Assembly (NCBI GenBank): GCA_050874705.1
Contig: JBNMLE010000002.1
Location: 1-55,416 of the forward strand
Length of the DNA stretch: 55,416 nt
Reading direction: 5' to 3'
From: Bacilli bacterium
GTDB lineage: Bacteria; Bacillota_I; Bacilli_A; RFN20; CAG-826
Shown here: one piece after another, positions 30,135-41,868 of the stretch
Position numbering within the stretch: the stretch's first letter is position 1
Layout: each line of letters opens with the position of its first letter
Made by a program: the position numbers and the translations under genes
The notes under the pieces: generated by a model
Seen by the model: only the letters and a program-made list of their open reading frames with translations
Told to the model about the DNA's origin: nothing
Databases searched by the model: none

Positions 30135-31490
30135 ATGGAGACAATATCAGAACTCAATAACATTTGGAACCAAACGCTCCAATTACTCGAAGATAAAGTC
30201 GACGATAAAAGAATTTTTGATGTTTTTCTCTCCGGATCAACTTTCCGTTCTTTAAATGATAACAAATTGACTATCGCGGTTAATTCAAATTTAGCGGCCA
30301 CAATTTTATCCACAAAATACTTGAGTTTGATTCAAGATGCTGTCAAAGATGTGACAGGACAAAATTACAAAATTAACTTTGTTAACGCTCAAGATATTGT
30401 TGATGAACCTGTGCAAGAAGTAGAAGAACCAAAATATTTCAAATATTCAACAGTTAATCCTACACTAAATTTTGATAATTTTATTACAGGAACATGCAAT
30501 ATTGAAGCTAAACAAGCATCTTTGCTAATTTCTAAAAATCCAGGAAATCGCGATTACAATCCATTGTTTATTTATTCGGATTCTGGATTAGGAAAAACTC
30601 ACCTTTTATCCGCTATATTTAATAGCGTTAAGGAAACTGGACCGAAGAAAAAAGCGCTCTATTGTTCAGCGACGGATTTTCTTGAAGAATATTTGTTAGC
30701 TGCAAATGGAGAAAAGGAATTTGCGAAATTAAAAGATTTTGTAATTTCACACGACATTTTATTAATCGACGATGTTCAAATGCTTGGAGGAAAAGAAAAA
30801 ACAACAGATTTCTTATTTCAAGTGTTCCAAAAAATGTATAACAACGGAAAACAAATAATTATCACGAGTGATAAACACCCTAGTGAATTAAAAGGATTTG
30901 ATGAAAGACTTAAATCTAGATTCGCTGGTGGCTTATCAATATCTATTGCTGCACCTGATGTGGATACTTGCGTTGCAATTTTAAAATCCAAGATTGAAGC
31001 AGGACCATTAGACATCAATGCATTTGATGAAGATGTACTTAATTTCATCGGACGCAAATTCTCTAAAAACATACGAAACATCGATGAAGCTTTGCACAAA
31101 CTTGTTTATTACACAACAGCATTTAAACCAACAAAGCATATTGATATGGATATCGCTTTAGAGGCGCTTCAACCACTTCTTGATGTTAGAGCAGAAAAGC
31201 AAAAACTTTCTGAGCAAAGAATCATCAACGTTGTAGCGGATTATTATCACCTTACACCAAATTCGATTACAGGTTCATCTAGACAAGGTCAAATAGCCTT
31301 GGCAAGACATATATGCATGTACTTAATTAGAACATTGCTAGATGTGCCGTTTACCAAAATCGGAATCATGTTCGGAGGTCGAGATCATTCAACTGTTATG
31401 AACGGTGTAGAAAAAGTGGATAAAGAGTTGAAAAATAATCAAACAATGCAAGAGGCAATAAACGACCTCAAAAAACGATTAAAGCCATAA
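30135..31490 (+). CDS. dnaA: Chromosomal replication initiator DnaA
   Basis: Walker A SGLGKTHLL, Walker B LLIDDVQ, and the C-terminal DNA-binding helix GGRDHSTVMNG. Start placed at the ATG at 30135 (AAGAGGA 7 nt upstream) rather than the TTG at 30117. Confidence 0.97.
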   Translation: METISELNNIWNQTLQLLEDKVDDKRIFDVFLSGSTFRSLNDNKLTIAVNSNLAATILSTKYLSLIQDAVKDVTGQNYKINFVNAQDIVDEPVQEVEEPKYFKYSTVNPTLNFDNFITGTCNIEAKQASLLISKNPGNRDYNPLFIYSDSGLGKTHLLSAIFNSVKETGPKKKALYCSATDFLEEYLLAANGEKEFAKLKDFVISHDILLIDDVQMLGGKEKTTDFLFQVFQKMYNNGKQIIITSDKHPSELKGFDERLKSRFAGGLSISIAAPDVDTCVAILKSKIEAGPLDINAFDEDVLNFIGRKFSKNIRNIDEALHKLVYYTTAFKPTKHIDMDIALEALQPLLDVRAEKQKLSEQRIINVVADYYHLTPNSITGSSRQGQIALARHICMYLIRTLLDVPFTKIGIMFGGRDHSTVMNGVEKVDKELKNNQTMQEAINDLKKRLKP

Positions 31491-31524
31491 TTTTATAAAA
31501 TAAAAAGTATAAAATGATTGTCAG

Positions 31525-31614
31525 TGTGGTAAGATAAAAATGAACAGATAACACTACTTATCCACACAATCCACAGAAATTATTATTAATATTAAAAATG
31601 GAGAAATAAATAAT
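31525..31614. other. oriC part 2: DnaA box(es) plus an AT-rich candidate unwinding element between dnaA and dnaN
   Basis: Perfect TTATCCACA at 31558-31566, immediately followed by cAATCCACA (31567-31575) and the AT-rich stretch AAATTATTATTAATATTAAAAAT. Confidence 0.65.
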
Positions 31615-32721
31615 ATGAGATTTACAATAAGTCGCGAACATTTGCTTAAAGCATTAACAATGGTTTCAAAAGCTGTTCCACAAAAAGCCGAACTTCCAAT
31701 TCTTCAAAATGTGAAAATGGCATTAACTGAAAAAGGACTTGAACTTTTAGGTAGTGATAACAATTTAACAATTAGAACAATTGTACCTTTTATGATTGAT
31801 GATAAAGAAATAATTAGAAATTACAAAATCGGAGAAACGCTTGTTCAATGCAAATTACTTCTTGAAATTGTCAGACGTTCAGAAACTGATTTTATTGATT
31901 TCGAACTCATCGACAACTCAATTCTTAAAATCACTTACGGCGATACTGTTAATAAACCAAATACAATAAGAGCGGAAGAATATCCTGATGTTGATTTATC
32001 CACCAATGGAGCCGTGTTTGAACTCAAGGCGGTAGATTTACTCAAACTCGTTGAACAAACCGCTTTTGCGGCCTCTACAAAAGAAAATAGACCTATTCTA
32101 ACTGCAGTGAACCTTTGCTCAAGTGAAGGAAAACTCGTTGCGACCGCTACTGACACCGCTAGACTTGCTAGAAAATCAATTGATGTTGATTGCGAAAATA
32201 GCTTCTCTGCTAACATACCTGCTAAAAAGCTTTTAGATATCGTTCATTCATTTGAAGATGAAGAATTTGTTGAAGTTTGTATCAGTGATAAAAAAGCAAT
32301 CTTTACATTCGGCAACACCGTTATTTCTTCAAGACTTATCAATGGCGACTACCCAAATACTAAAAATATTGTTCCGAAAACATTCAACTACTATCTTGAA
32401 GTTAATGCTCGCGAATTCTTAACAGCAATGGATAGAGTCTCACTTTTTGGTGGTGTTATCAAATTAATCATGACTGAAGACCAAGTTGAAATGTTATCAA
32501 GATCAACATTAACTGGTTCAGCAAGTGTTAAATTATCAACATTCCAATTTTCCGGTGAACGTTTAGAAATCTCTTTCAATTCTTTATTTATGTCTGACGC
32601 AATTAAAGCAGTCGGTAGCGAAGATGTCACCATTGAATTTATTGGAGAAATGAAACCATTCGTGGTCAAAGATATCAACAATGATTCAATCGATATGTTG
32701 GTCACCCCACTTAGATCTTAA
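31615..32721 (+). CDS. dnaN: DNA polymerase III beta sliding clamp
   Basis: 368 aa starting MRFTISREHLLKAL... with three-domain clamp length. Position after dnaA. Confidence 0.95.
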   Translation: MRFTISREHLLKALTMVSKAVPQKAELPILQNVKMALTEKGLELLGSDNNLTIRTIVPFMIDDKEIIRNYKIGETLVQCKLLLEIVRRSETDFIDFELIDNSILKITYGDTVNKPNTIRAEEYPDVDLSTNGAVFELKAVDLLKLVEQTAFAASTKENRPILTAVNLCSSEGKLVATATDTARLARKSIDVDCENSFSANIPAKKLLDIVHSFEDEEFVEVCISDKKAIFTFGNTVISSRLINGDYPNTKNIVPKTFNYYLEVNAREFLTAMDRVSLFGGVIKLIMTEDQVEMLSRSTLTGSASVKLSTFQFSGERLEISFNSLFMSDAIKAVGSEDVTIEFIGEMKPFVVKDINNDSIDMLVTPLRS

Positions 32722-32781
32722 TCGCGTTTGAATATCGTCTTAAAACGGCTAAAAAACGCCAAAAAATACATATTAGACAAT

Positions 32782-32810
32782 AAGGGAATTTATTATTCCC
32801 TTTTATTTTT
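32782..32810 (+). terminator. dnaN terminator
   Basis: AAGGGAAT-TTATT-ATTCCCTT followed by TTATTTTTAT. Confidence 0.7.
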
Positions 32811-32851
32811 ATATATGCTAAAATATTTTTCGAGGCGAAAACAATCTTTTT

Positions 32852-33071
32852 ATGAATAAAAAAATAATCGAAGTTAAAATCTCGACCGAATACATAACGC
32901 TAGGTCAATTTTTGAAATTTGCCGACATTATTCATTCTGGTGGAGACGCAAAAGAATTTCTTCTCTCTCACGATGTTGTAATCAACAACGAAATCGATAA
33001 TCGACGAGGAAGAAAATTGCGAGAAAACGACAAAATTGTTGTTCTTAATCAGGTTTACAAAATTATCAAAA

Positions 33072-33085
<14 letters not shown>
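32852..33085 (+). CDS. yaaA: S4-domain RNA-binding protein YaaA
   Basis: 77 aa (ITLGQFLKFADIIHSGGDAKEFL...V.NNE.DNRRGRKL). Has the dnaN-yaaA-recF order seen in Bacillus. Confidence 0.85.
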
Positions 33086-36157
<3,072 letters not shown>

Positions 36158-36175
36158 TGAAAGGAGATTTTTACT

Positions 36176-38788
36176 ATGTCAGACGAAGAAAAGAAAATTG
36201 ATGATGTTGTTAATAATAATGACGACACACCTGTTGACGAAAACAAACTCGAAGAAATTGAAGAAGGTATCGTACCAGGCTTAAGAGACACAGATTTAAG
36301 CAAAGAAGTCCGCAATTCCTTCTTAGATTATGCAATGTCTGTTATTGTCTCACGTGCAATTCCAGATATTCGCGATGGTTGCAAACCAGTTCACCGTCGT
36401 GTTATTTACGATATGTTTATTACAGGTATTTTACCTGGATCTCCTTACAAGAAATGTGCACGTATTGTTGGTGACGTCATGGGTAAATTCCACCCACACG
36501 GCGATGCCGCAATTTATTCAACACTTGTTAGACTTGCGCAACCATTTGCAATGCGCTATCCATTAGTCGATGGTCATGGTAACTTTGGTTCTGTTGATGG
36601 TGATGAACCAGCTGCTATGCGTTATACAGAAGCAAGAATGACTAAACTTGCAACAGAAATGGTTCGCGATATTAAAAACGATACCATTGATTTTGTTGAC
36701 AACTACGATGGAACCGAAGTCGAACCTTCCGTTCTTCCATCAAGATTTCCAAACCTTTTAGTTAATGGTTCTAACGGTATTGCTGTTGGTATGGCAACTT
36801 ATATTCCAACACATAACCTTGGAGAAACAATTGATGCAGTAATTGCTCTTGCTAAAAACCCAGAGTTAACACCAACTGAAATTATGACCAATTATTTATT
36901 TGGTCCAGATTTCCCAACAGGTGCAATTATCTTGGGTCGTTCAGGAATCAAAGACGCTTATGAAACCGGCACAGGTTCAATTATTATACGCTCGCGCGCG
37001 GAAATAAAAGAAAATGAACATACAGGTAAAAAACAAATTATTGTTACAGAAATACCTTATCAAGTTAACAAAGCAACACTTGTTGAAAGCATTGCTCACC
37101 TTGTTAGAGATAAAGTTGTTGAAGGAATTACTGATATCCGCGATGAATCCAGCAAAGGAAAAGTTCGTGTTGTAATCGATGTTCGTCACGACTCAATTCC
37201 TGAAGTTGTCTTAAATCAACTTTACAAATTGACACAACTCCAAACAAGTATGGGTATTATTATGCTTTCACTTGTTGATGGAGCACCAAAGATTCTTCCA
37301 ATTAACCAAATCTTACTCCATTATCTTGATTTCCAAATTAATGTCGTTGAAAGAAGAACAAAATTCTTATTAAAACAAGATGAAGCTAGACTTCACATTG
37401 TTGATGGTTTATTAAAAGCCACAGAACACATTGATGAAATTATTAAGGATATTCGTGCCGCTGATACACCAGAAGATGCAGCACATACATTAATGGAAAA
37501 ATATGGTTTTACAGAACCACAAACTCAAGCTATTTTAGCAATGACACTTCGCCGTTTAACAGGTCTAGAAGAAAACAAACTTCTTGAAGAAAAGAAAAAT
37601 CTCGAAGCAAATATTGCCAAATATCACGCAATTCTTGAATCACGTGAAAGCTTAACAAATGTTGTTGTTGAAGAACTTACAGAAATTAAAAACAAATACG
37701 CGGATGATCGTATTACTGAAATTAGTGATTCAGCCGCAACAATTGAAGACGAAGATTTAATCCCACAAAAGAACATTGTTATCGTTTTATCAACAAATAA
37801 CTATGTTAAGAGAATGTCTACAGAAACATTCCGCACACAACATCGTGGTGGTAGAGGCGTTCGTGGAATGTCCACAAATGGTGAAGATAGTGTCAATTTA
37901 ATGGTTCATACAAAAACCCATACAGACATTTTATTCTTCTCTAGCTTAGGTCGTGTTTATCGCTTAAGAGGATATATGATTCCTGAAGAAAGCCGCACTT
38001 CTAAAGGTCTTCCAATCCAAAACTTATTAAATCTTGAAAAAGGTGAAAAAATCATGTCGATTATTTCACTTGATGATTATCACCCAGAACATTATTTATT
38101 CTTTGCAACAAAGCAAGGTATTGTTAAGAGAACTTCTTTAACTGAATTCGAATCCATCAGAAAAAATGGTAAAATCGCAATTCTTCTTAAAGAAGGCGAC
38201 CAACTTCTTGACGTCAAACGCACTGATGGAAATTGTTTAATCGGACTTGCTTCAAGCAAAGGCAAAATGGTCAAATTCAATGAAAATGATGTAAGACCAA
38301 TTGGACGTACAGCCGCTGGTGTTAAAGGTATGGACCTTGATGATGGTTCATCGTTAATTGGATTAACGACATCTCTTGAAGGTGACAATATTCTTGTTAT
38401 CACTTTATACGGCTATGGAAAGATGTCTCCGCTTGCCGATTATAGAGAATCCCATAGAGGCGCAAAAGGTGTTATAACGCTCAATGCAACATCTAAAAAC
38501 GGCCGCATTGTCGCAATGCGTGCTGTTAAAGGCGACGAAGATTTAATGATGATCACCAATGGTGGTACTGTCATTCGTATGCCGCTTCAACAAATCAATA
38601 TCGTTGGACGTAACACACAAGGCGTTCGTGTTATTCGTTTAGATGATGAAAAACAACGCGTTTCTTCTATCACAATTATTCCTCATGAAGATATCTCAGG
38701 AGAAGAGGAAGAAACTCCAGCAAACGAAGAACAAAACGAAGAAAACACCGAAAAACTGAATAAAAATGAAACCATGCATCTATTTTGA
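36176..38788 (+). CDS. gyrA: DNA gyrase subunit A
   Basis: 870 aa with HPHGD, the catalytic Tyr context AAMRYTEARM, C-terminal beta-pinwheel repeats and an acidic tail. Confidence 0.98.
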   Translation: MSDEEKKIDDVVNNNDDTPVDENKLEEIEEGIVPGLRDTDLSKEVRNSFLDYAMSVIVSRAIPDIRDGCKPVHRRVIYDMFITGILPGSPYKKCARIVGDVMGKFHPHGDAAIYSTLVRLAQPFAMRYPLVDGHGNFGSVDGDEPAAMRYTEARMTKLATEMVRDIKNDTIDFVDNYDGTEVEPSVLPSRFPNLLVNGSNGIAVGMATYIPTHNLGETIDAVIALAKNPELTPTEIMTNYLFGPDFPTGAIILGRSGIKDAYETGTGSIIIRSRAEIKENEHTGKKQIIVTEIPYQVNKATLVESIAHLVRDKVVEGITDIRDESSKGKVRVVIDVRHDSIPEVVLNQLYKLTQLQTSMGIIMLSLVDGAPKILPINQILLHYLDFQINVVERRTKFLLKQDEARLHIVDGLLKATEHIDEIIKDIRAADTPEDAAHTLMEKYGFTEPQTQAILAMTLRRLTGLEENKLLEEKKNLEANIAKYHAILESRESLTNVVVEELTEIKNKYADDRITEISDSAATIEDEDLIPQKNIVIVLSTNNYVKRMSTETFRTQHRGGRGVRGMSTNGEDSVNLMVHTKTHTDILFFSSLGRVYRLRGYMIPEESRTSKGLPIQNLLNLEKGEKIMSIISLDDYHPEHYLFFATKQGIVKRTSLTEFESIRKNGKIAILLKEGDQLLDVKRTDGNCLIGLASSKGKMVKFNENDVRPIGRTAAGVKGMDLDDGSSLIGLTTSLEGDNILVITLYGYGKMSPLADYRESHRGAKGVITLNATSKNGRIVAMRAVKGDEDLMMITNGGTVIRMPLQQINIVGRNTQGVRVIRLDDEKQRVSSITIIPHEDISGEEEETPANEEQNEENTEKLNKNETMHLF

Positions 38789-39758
38789 ACCAAAAATAAG
38801 AAACGACAATTTCGAAGGTGTAAGATTAAGAAAAAACATTAAAAACGCCTTAGAAGTTAATAACATTTCTTATTCAAAATCTATCGTTGATACATATGAT
38901 ATTATTCATTTTATATCTATAAACGATGAGGTCAAAATCAATGATGCTCTAGAATCAAAAATTCCAGTAATATTCTCTGCTTTATATTGTGAAAGCGATG
39001 ATTGTGCGAGAACTTTAACAAGAAGTCAGCCCTCATCTCTTTCACAAAAAGCTCTGAGAGTATTAAATAAAGTTAATTGCGTGTTGGTAAGTGATGCAAT
39101 ATCAAAAAAATATCTAACAAATAACGGCGTTAGAACAAAAATAGAAATAGTAACACCTGGGGTGAATTTATCTAGATTTGAAAAGCACAACGATTTTAAA
39201 GAAGATATTTTTTATAACTATTATCAAGTTGCGAAAAATAAAAAATACGCTGTTTCCATTTCTACATCAGATGATAAAAATCTAATAAAGAAATTAATTT
39301 CTATCGCAAAACAGTGTCCAAATATTTTGTTTTTCCATTTCTCACCAACAAAAAACAACTTAACAATAAATATTTCAAAAGATATACCTTCTAATTTGAA
39401 ATTATGTCCTTTAATAGATAGCGAACTATATTGTTCGATGTTAAAAAACGCATTCATATATTTATTGTTAGACAACAATTATCATTCCCCGTTATTGCTT
39501 CTAGAAGTGATGGCTAGCAAAACTCAAATTGTCGCATTGTCACCATTACAAATGAATCAAGAATATGTTGAAGAAGCAAAAGCTTATGTTGGGGAAGACG
39601 AACAAGAAATTTCTAAAATTATTAACCAACTTATTAATAATGAATTAGAATATAAAATCGATGACGGATATAAATTTGCTATAGACAATTCAATAGAAGT
39701 CTTAGGCAAACAATTAATAAACGTTTATGAAAAAATCATAAGGGAGACAAAACAATGA
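38766..39758 (+). CDS. GT-B fold, glycosyltransferase family 4-like protein (degenerate motifs; function unknown)
   Basis: 330 aa. VLVSDAISKKYLTNNGVRTKIEIVTPGVNLSRFEK resembles the GT4 ...v.pnGvd...F segment, and LLLLEVMASKTQIVAL resembles the ...lEAMA.G.PVv segment. 23-nt overlap with gyrA, 4-nt overlap with serS, and no obvious SD. Confidence 0.45.
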   Translation: MKPCIYFEPKIRNDNFEGVRLRKNIKNALEVNNISYSKSIVDTYDIIHFISINDEVKINDALESKIPVIFSALYCESDDCARTLTRSQPSSLSQKALRVLNKVNCVLVSDAISKKYLTNNGVRTKIEIVTPGVNLSRFEKHNDFKEDIFYNYYQVAKNKKYAVSISTSDDKNLIKKLISIAKQCPNILFFHFSPTKNNLTINISKDIPSNLKLCPLIDSELYCSMLKNAFIYLLLDNNYHSPLLLLEVMASKTQIVALSPLQMNQEYVEEAKAYVGEDEQEISKIINQLINNELEYKIDDGYKFAIDNSIEVLGKQLINVYEKIIRETKQ

Positions 39759-41038
39759 TCGATCAAAAATTAATAATTGAAAACCCTAATCTTATTGCTG
39801 AAAAATTAGCAAAAAAAGGATGCATCGTTGATTTCAAACCATTTTTGAAAATGGTAGATAGAAGAAAAGAACTTCTAGTCAATGTCGAAAACGCAAAAGC
39901 AGAAAGAAACAAATTATCTGCGATGGTTCCACAAGTGAAAAAAGCCGGCGGAGATGTTAATGAAATCTTTGCAAAAGTCAAACAAATTATGGCTGATGCA
40001 AAAGCAAGCGAAGAAGAATTAGCAAAAATAGAAGAAGATATTAAAAATTTCCTCATGCCTCTTCCAAATATTCCAGATGATGATTTACTTCCTGGCGAAA
40101 AAGAAAACAATAAAGTTATTCATCAATTTGGTGAGCCAAATAAATTTGATTTCCCAATCAAAAACCATGTCGAACTTTGTGAATCTCTTGGATTAATTGA
40201 TTATGAAAGAGCCGCTAAAATGTCCGGACACGGAACATGGGTTTATACAGGTCTTGGCGCGCAACTTGAATGGGCTCTTTTGAATTTCTTCATCAGCGAA
40301 CATCTTAAAGATGGTTATATGTTTATGCTTCCTCCACATATTTTGAACTACGAATCAGGATATGTTGCTGGTCAATTCCCAAAATTCATCGATGATGTTT
40401 TCTCACTTGAAAATGTAACTCCTCGTAAATTCATTCTTCCAACCGCAGAAACCGCTCTTGTGAACTTCCACAGAGATGAAATTTTATCGGAAGATGAACT
40501 TCCTAAGAAATACTTTGCTTATACTCCATGTTATAGAAAAGAAGCAGGCGCATATAGAACAGAAGAACGTGGAATGATTAGAGGATATCAATTTAACAAA
40601 ATCGAGATGTTCCAATACACAACTGAAGAAGGCGATATGCCAGCATTTGAAGAACTTGTTAAAAAAGCATGCTCACTTGTTGAAAAGCTCGGATTAACAT
40701 TCCGCGTAAGCAAATTAGCAAGTGGTGATATTTCCGCTTCAATGGCTAGAACATACGATATTGAAGTTTATATTCCAAGCGTTGGTATTTATAAAGAAGT
40801 ATCTTCTGTTTCTACAGCACATGATTATCAAGCTCGTCGTGGAATGATCCGTTACCGCGATAAAAAGACTGGAAAAGTTAAATACGCTCATACATTAAAT
40901 GGTTCCGGTCTTGCAACATCAAGAATTTTCCCTGCCATGGTTGAGCAAATGCAACAACCAGATGGAAGCATCAAGATTCCAGAAGTCTTACGTCCATACA
41001 TGGGTGGTCTTGAATACATTAAACCAATTAAAAAATAA
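39755..41038 (+). CDS. serS: Serine--tRNA ligase
   Basis: 427 aa with an N-terminal coiled-coil arm and class II motifs (CYRKEAGAYRTEERG, GSGLATSRIFPAM). Confidence 0.96.
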   Translation: MIDQKLIIENPNLIAEKLAKKGCIVDFKPFLKMVDRRKELLVNVENAKAERNKLSAMVPQVKKAGGDVNEIFAKVKQIMADAKASEEELAKIEEDIKNFLMPLPNIPDDDLLPGEKENNKVIHQFGEPNKFDFPIKNHVELCESLGLIDYERAAKMSGHGTWVYTGLGAQLEWALLNFFISEHLKDGYMFMLPPHILNYESGYVAGQFPKFIDDVFSLENVTPRKFILPTAETALVNFHRDEILSEDELPKKYFAYTPCYRKEAGAYRTEERGMIRGYQFNKIEMFQYTTEEGDMPAFEELVKKACSLVEKLGLTFRVSKLASGDISASMARTYDIEVYIPSVGIYKEVSSVSTAHDYQARRGMIRYRDKKTGKVKYAHTLNGSGLATSRIFPAMVEQMQQPDGSIKIPEVLRPYMGGLEYIKPIKK

Positions 41039-41061
41039 TAAGTTTAATTTATTTGATAGAT

Positions 41062-41088
41062 AAAAGGCCTTTGTTGGCCTTTTTATTT
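41062..41088 (+). terminator. serS terminator
   Basis: AAAAGGCC-TTTGTT-GGCCTTTT followed by ATTTT. Confidence 0.8.
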
Positions 41089-41233
41089 TGCAAGTTTCGT
41101 AAAGTATGAAAAAAGAAAGATAAAAGAAGTTGCCACGAATAGTTTAATATTAGAACGCAATTGTTTTTCACCGAATATTCAAATATATTAATTGATATTT
41201 CAAAAGACAATTAATAAGTGATAGAATAATTAA

Positions 41234-41311
41234 GCCATCGCGATAATTTGCTATGAACCAGGTCAGGATAGGAATATAGCAGCCTTAAGTAGATAAATTA
41301 TGTGCGGTGGT
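41234..41311 (+). ncRNA. ffs: Signal recognition particle RNA, small (4.5S-like) type
   Basis: ACCAGGUCAGGAUAGGAAUAUAGCAGCC matches the conserved SRP domain IV (E. coli ACCAGGUCAGGUCCGGAAGGAAGCAGCC), including the GGAA tetraloop. The 5' GCCAUCGCG / AUAAUUU segments pair with the 3' AAAUUAU / UGCGGUGGU segments. An extended -10 (TGaTAGAAT, 41219-41227) sits 7 nt upstream. Confidence 0.8.
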
Positions 41312-41322
41312 TTATTTGTATT

Positions 41323-41793
41323 ATGAAAAATATCGATGAACATTATATGAAAATCGCTCTCAAAGAAGCTTTGAAAGCTAAAGAGAAAGACGAAGTTCCT
41401 ATTGGAGCCGTTTTAGTTGAAAACGGAAAAATCATCGCAAAAGGTCATAATTTAAGAGAAACTTCTTTTGATCCAACATCGCATGCAGAAATAAACACAA
41501 TAAGAAAAGCGTGCAAAAAGAAAAAATCATGGAGACTAGAAAACACAACAATTTATGTCACTGTTGAGCCATGTTCAATGTGTGCCGGAACGATACTTTG
41601 GGCAAGAATTAAAAAAGTTGTTTATGGCGCAAAAGATTTTAAAGGTGGAGCGTTAGGAACAACATACAATTTATATAATGTTCCTGGCCTAAATCATTAT
41701 CCAGAAGTTGTTGGGGGAATCCTTGAAGAACAATGTTCTGAAATCATTACTAATTTTTTCAAAGAGAAAAGAAATAGTAAGAAAAAATTATAA
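41323..41793 (+). CDS. tadA: tRNA-specific adenosine deaminase
   Basis: CDA zinc motifs HAE and PCSMCAG. Start placed at the ATG at 41323 (MKNIDEHYMKIAL). The GTG at 41302 used by the ORF track lies inside the SRP RNA. Confidence 0.92.
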   Translation: MKNIDEHYMKIALKEALKAKEKDEVPIGAVLVENGKIIAKGHNLRETSFDPTSHAEINTIRKACKKKKSWRLENTTIYVTVEPCSMCAGTILWARIKKVVYGAKDFKGGALGTTYNLYNVPGLNHYPEVVGGILEEQCSEIITNFFKEKRNSKKKL

Positions 41794-41868
41794 GTATTGA
41801 ATTAGTCTAATAAAAATTGAAAAAGTTTTACATTGTATGAATTTTTATTATACTAATAAATAGTGTTT

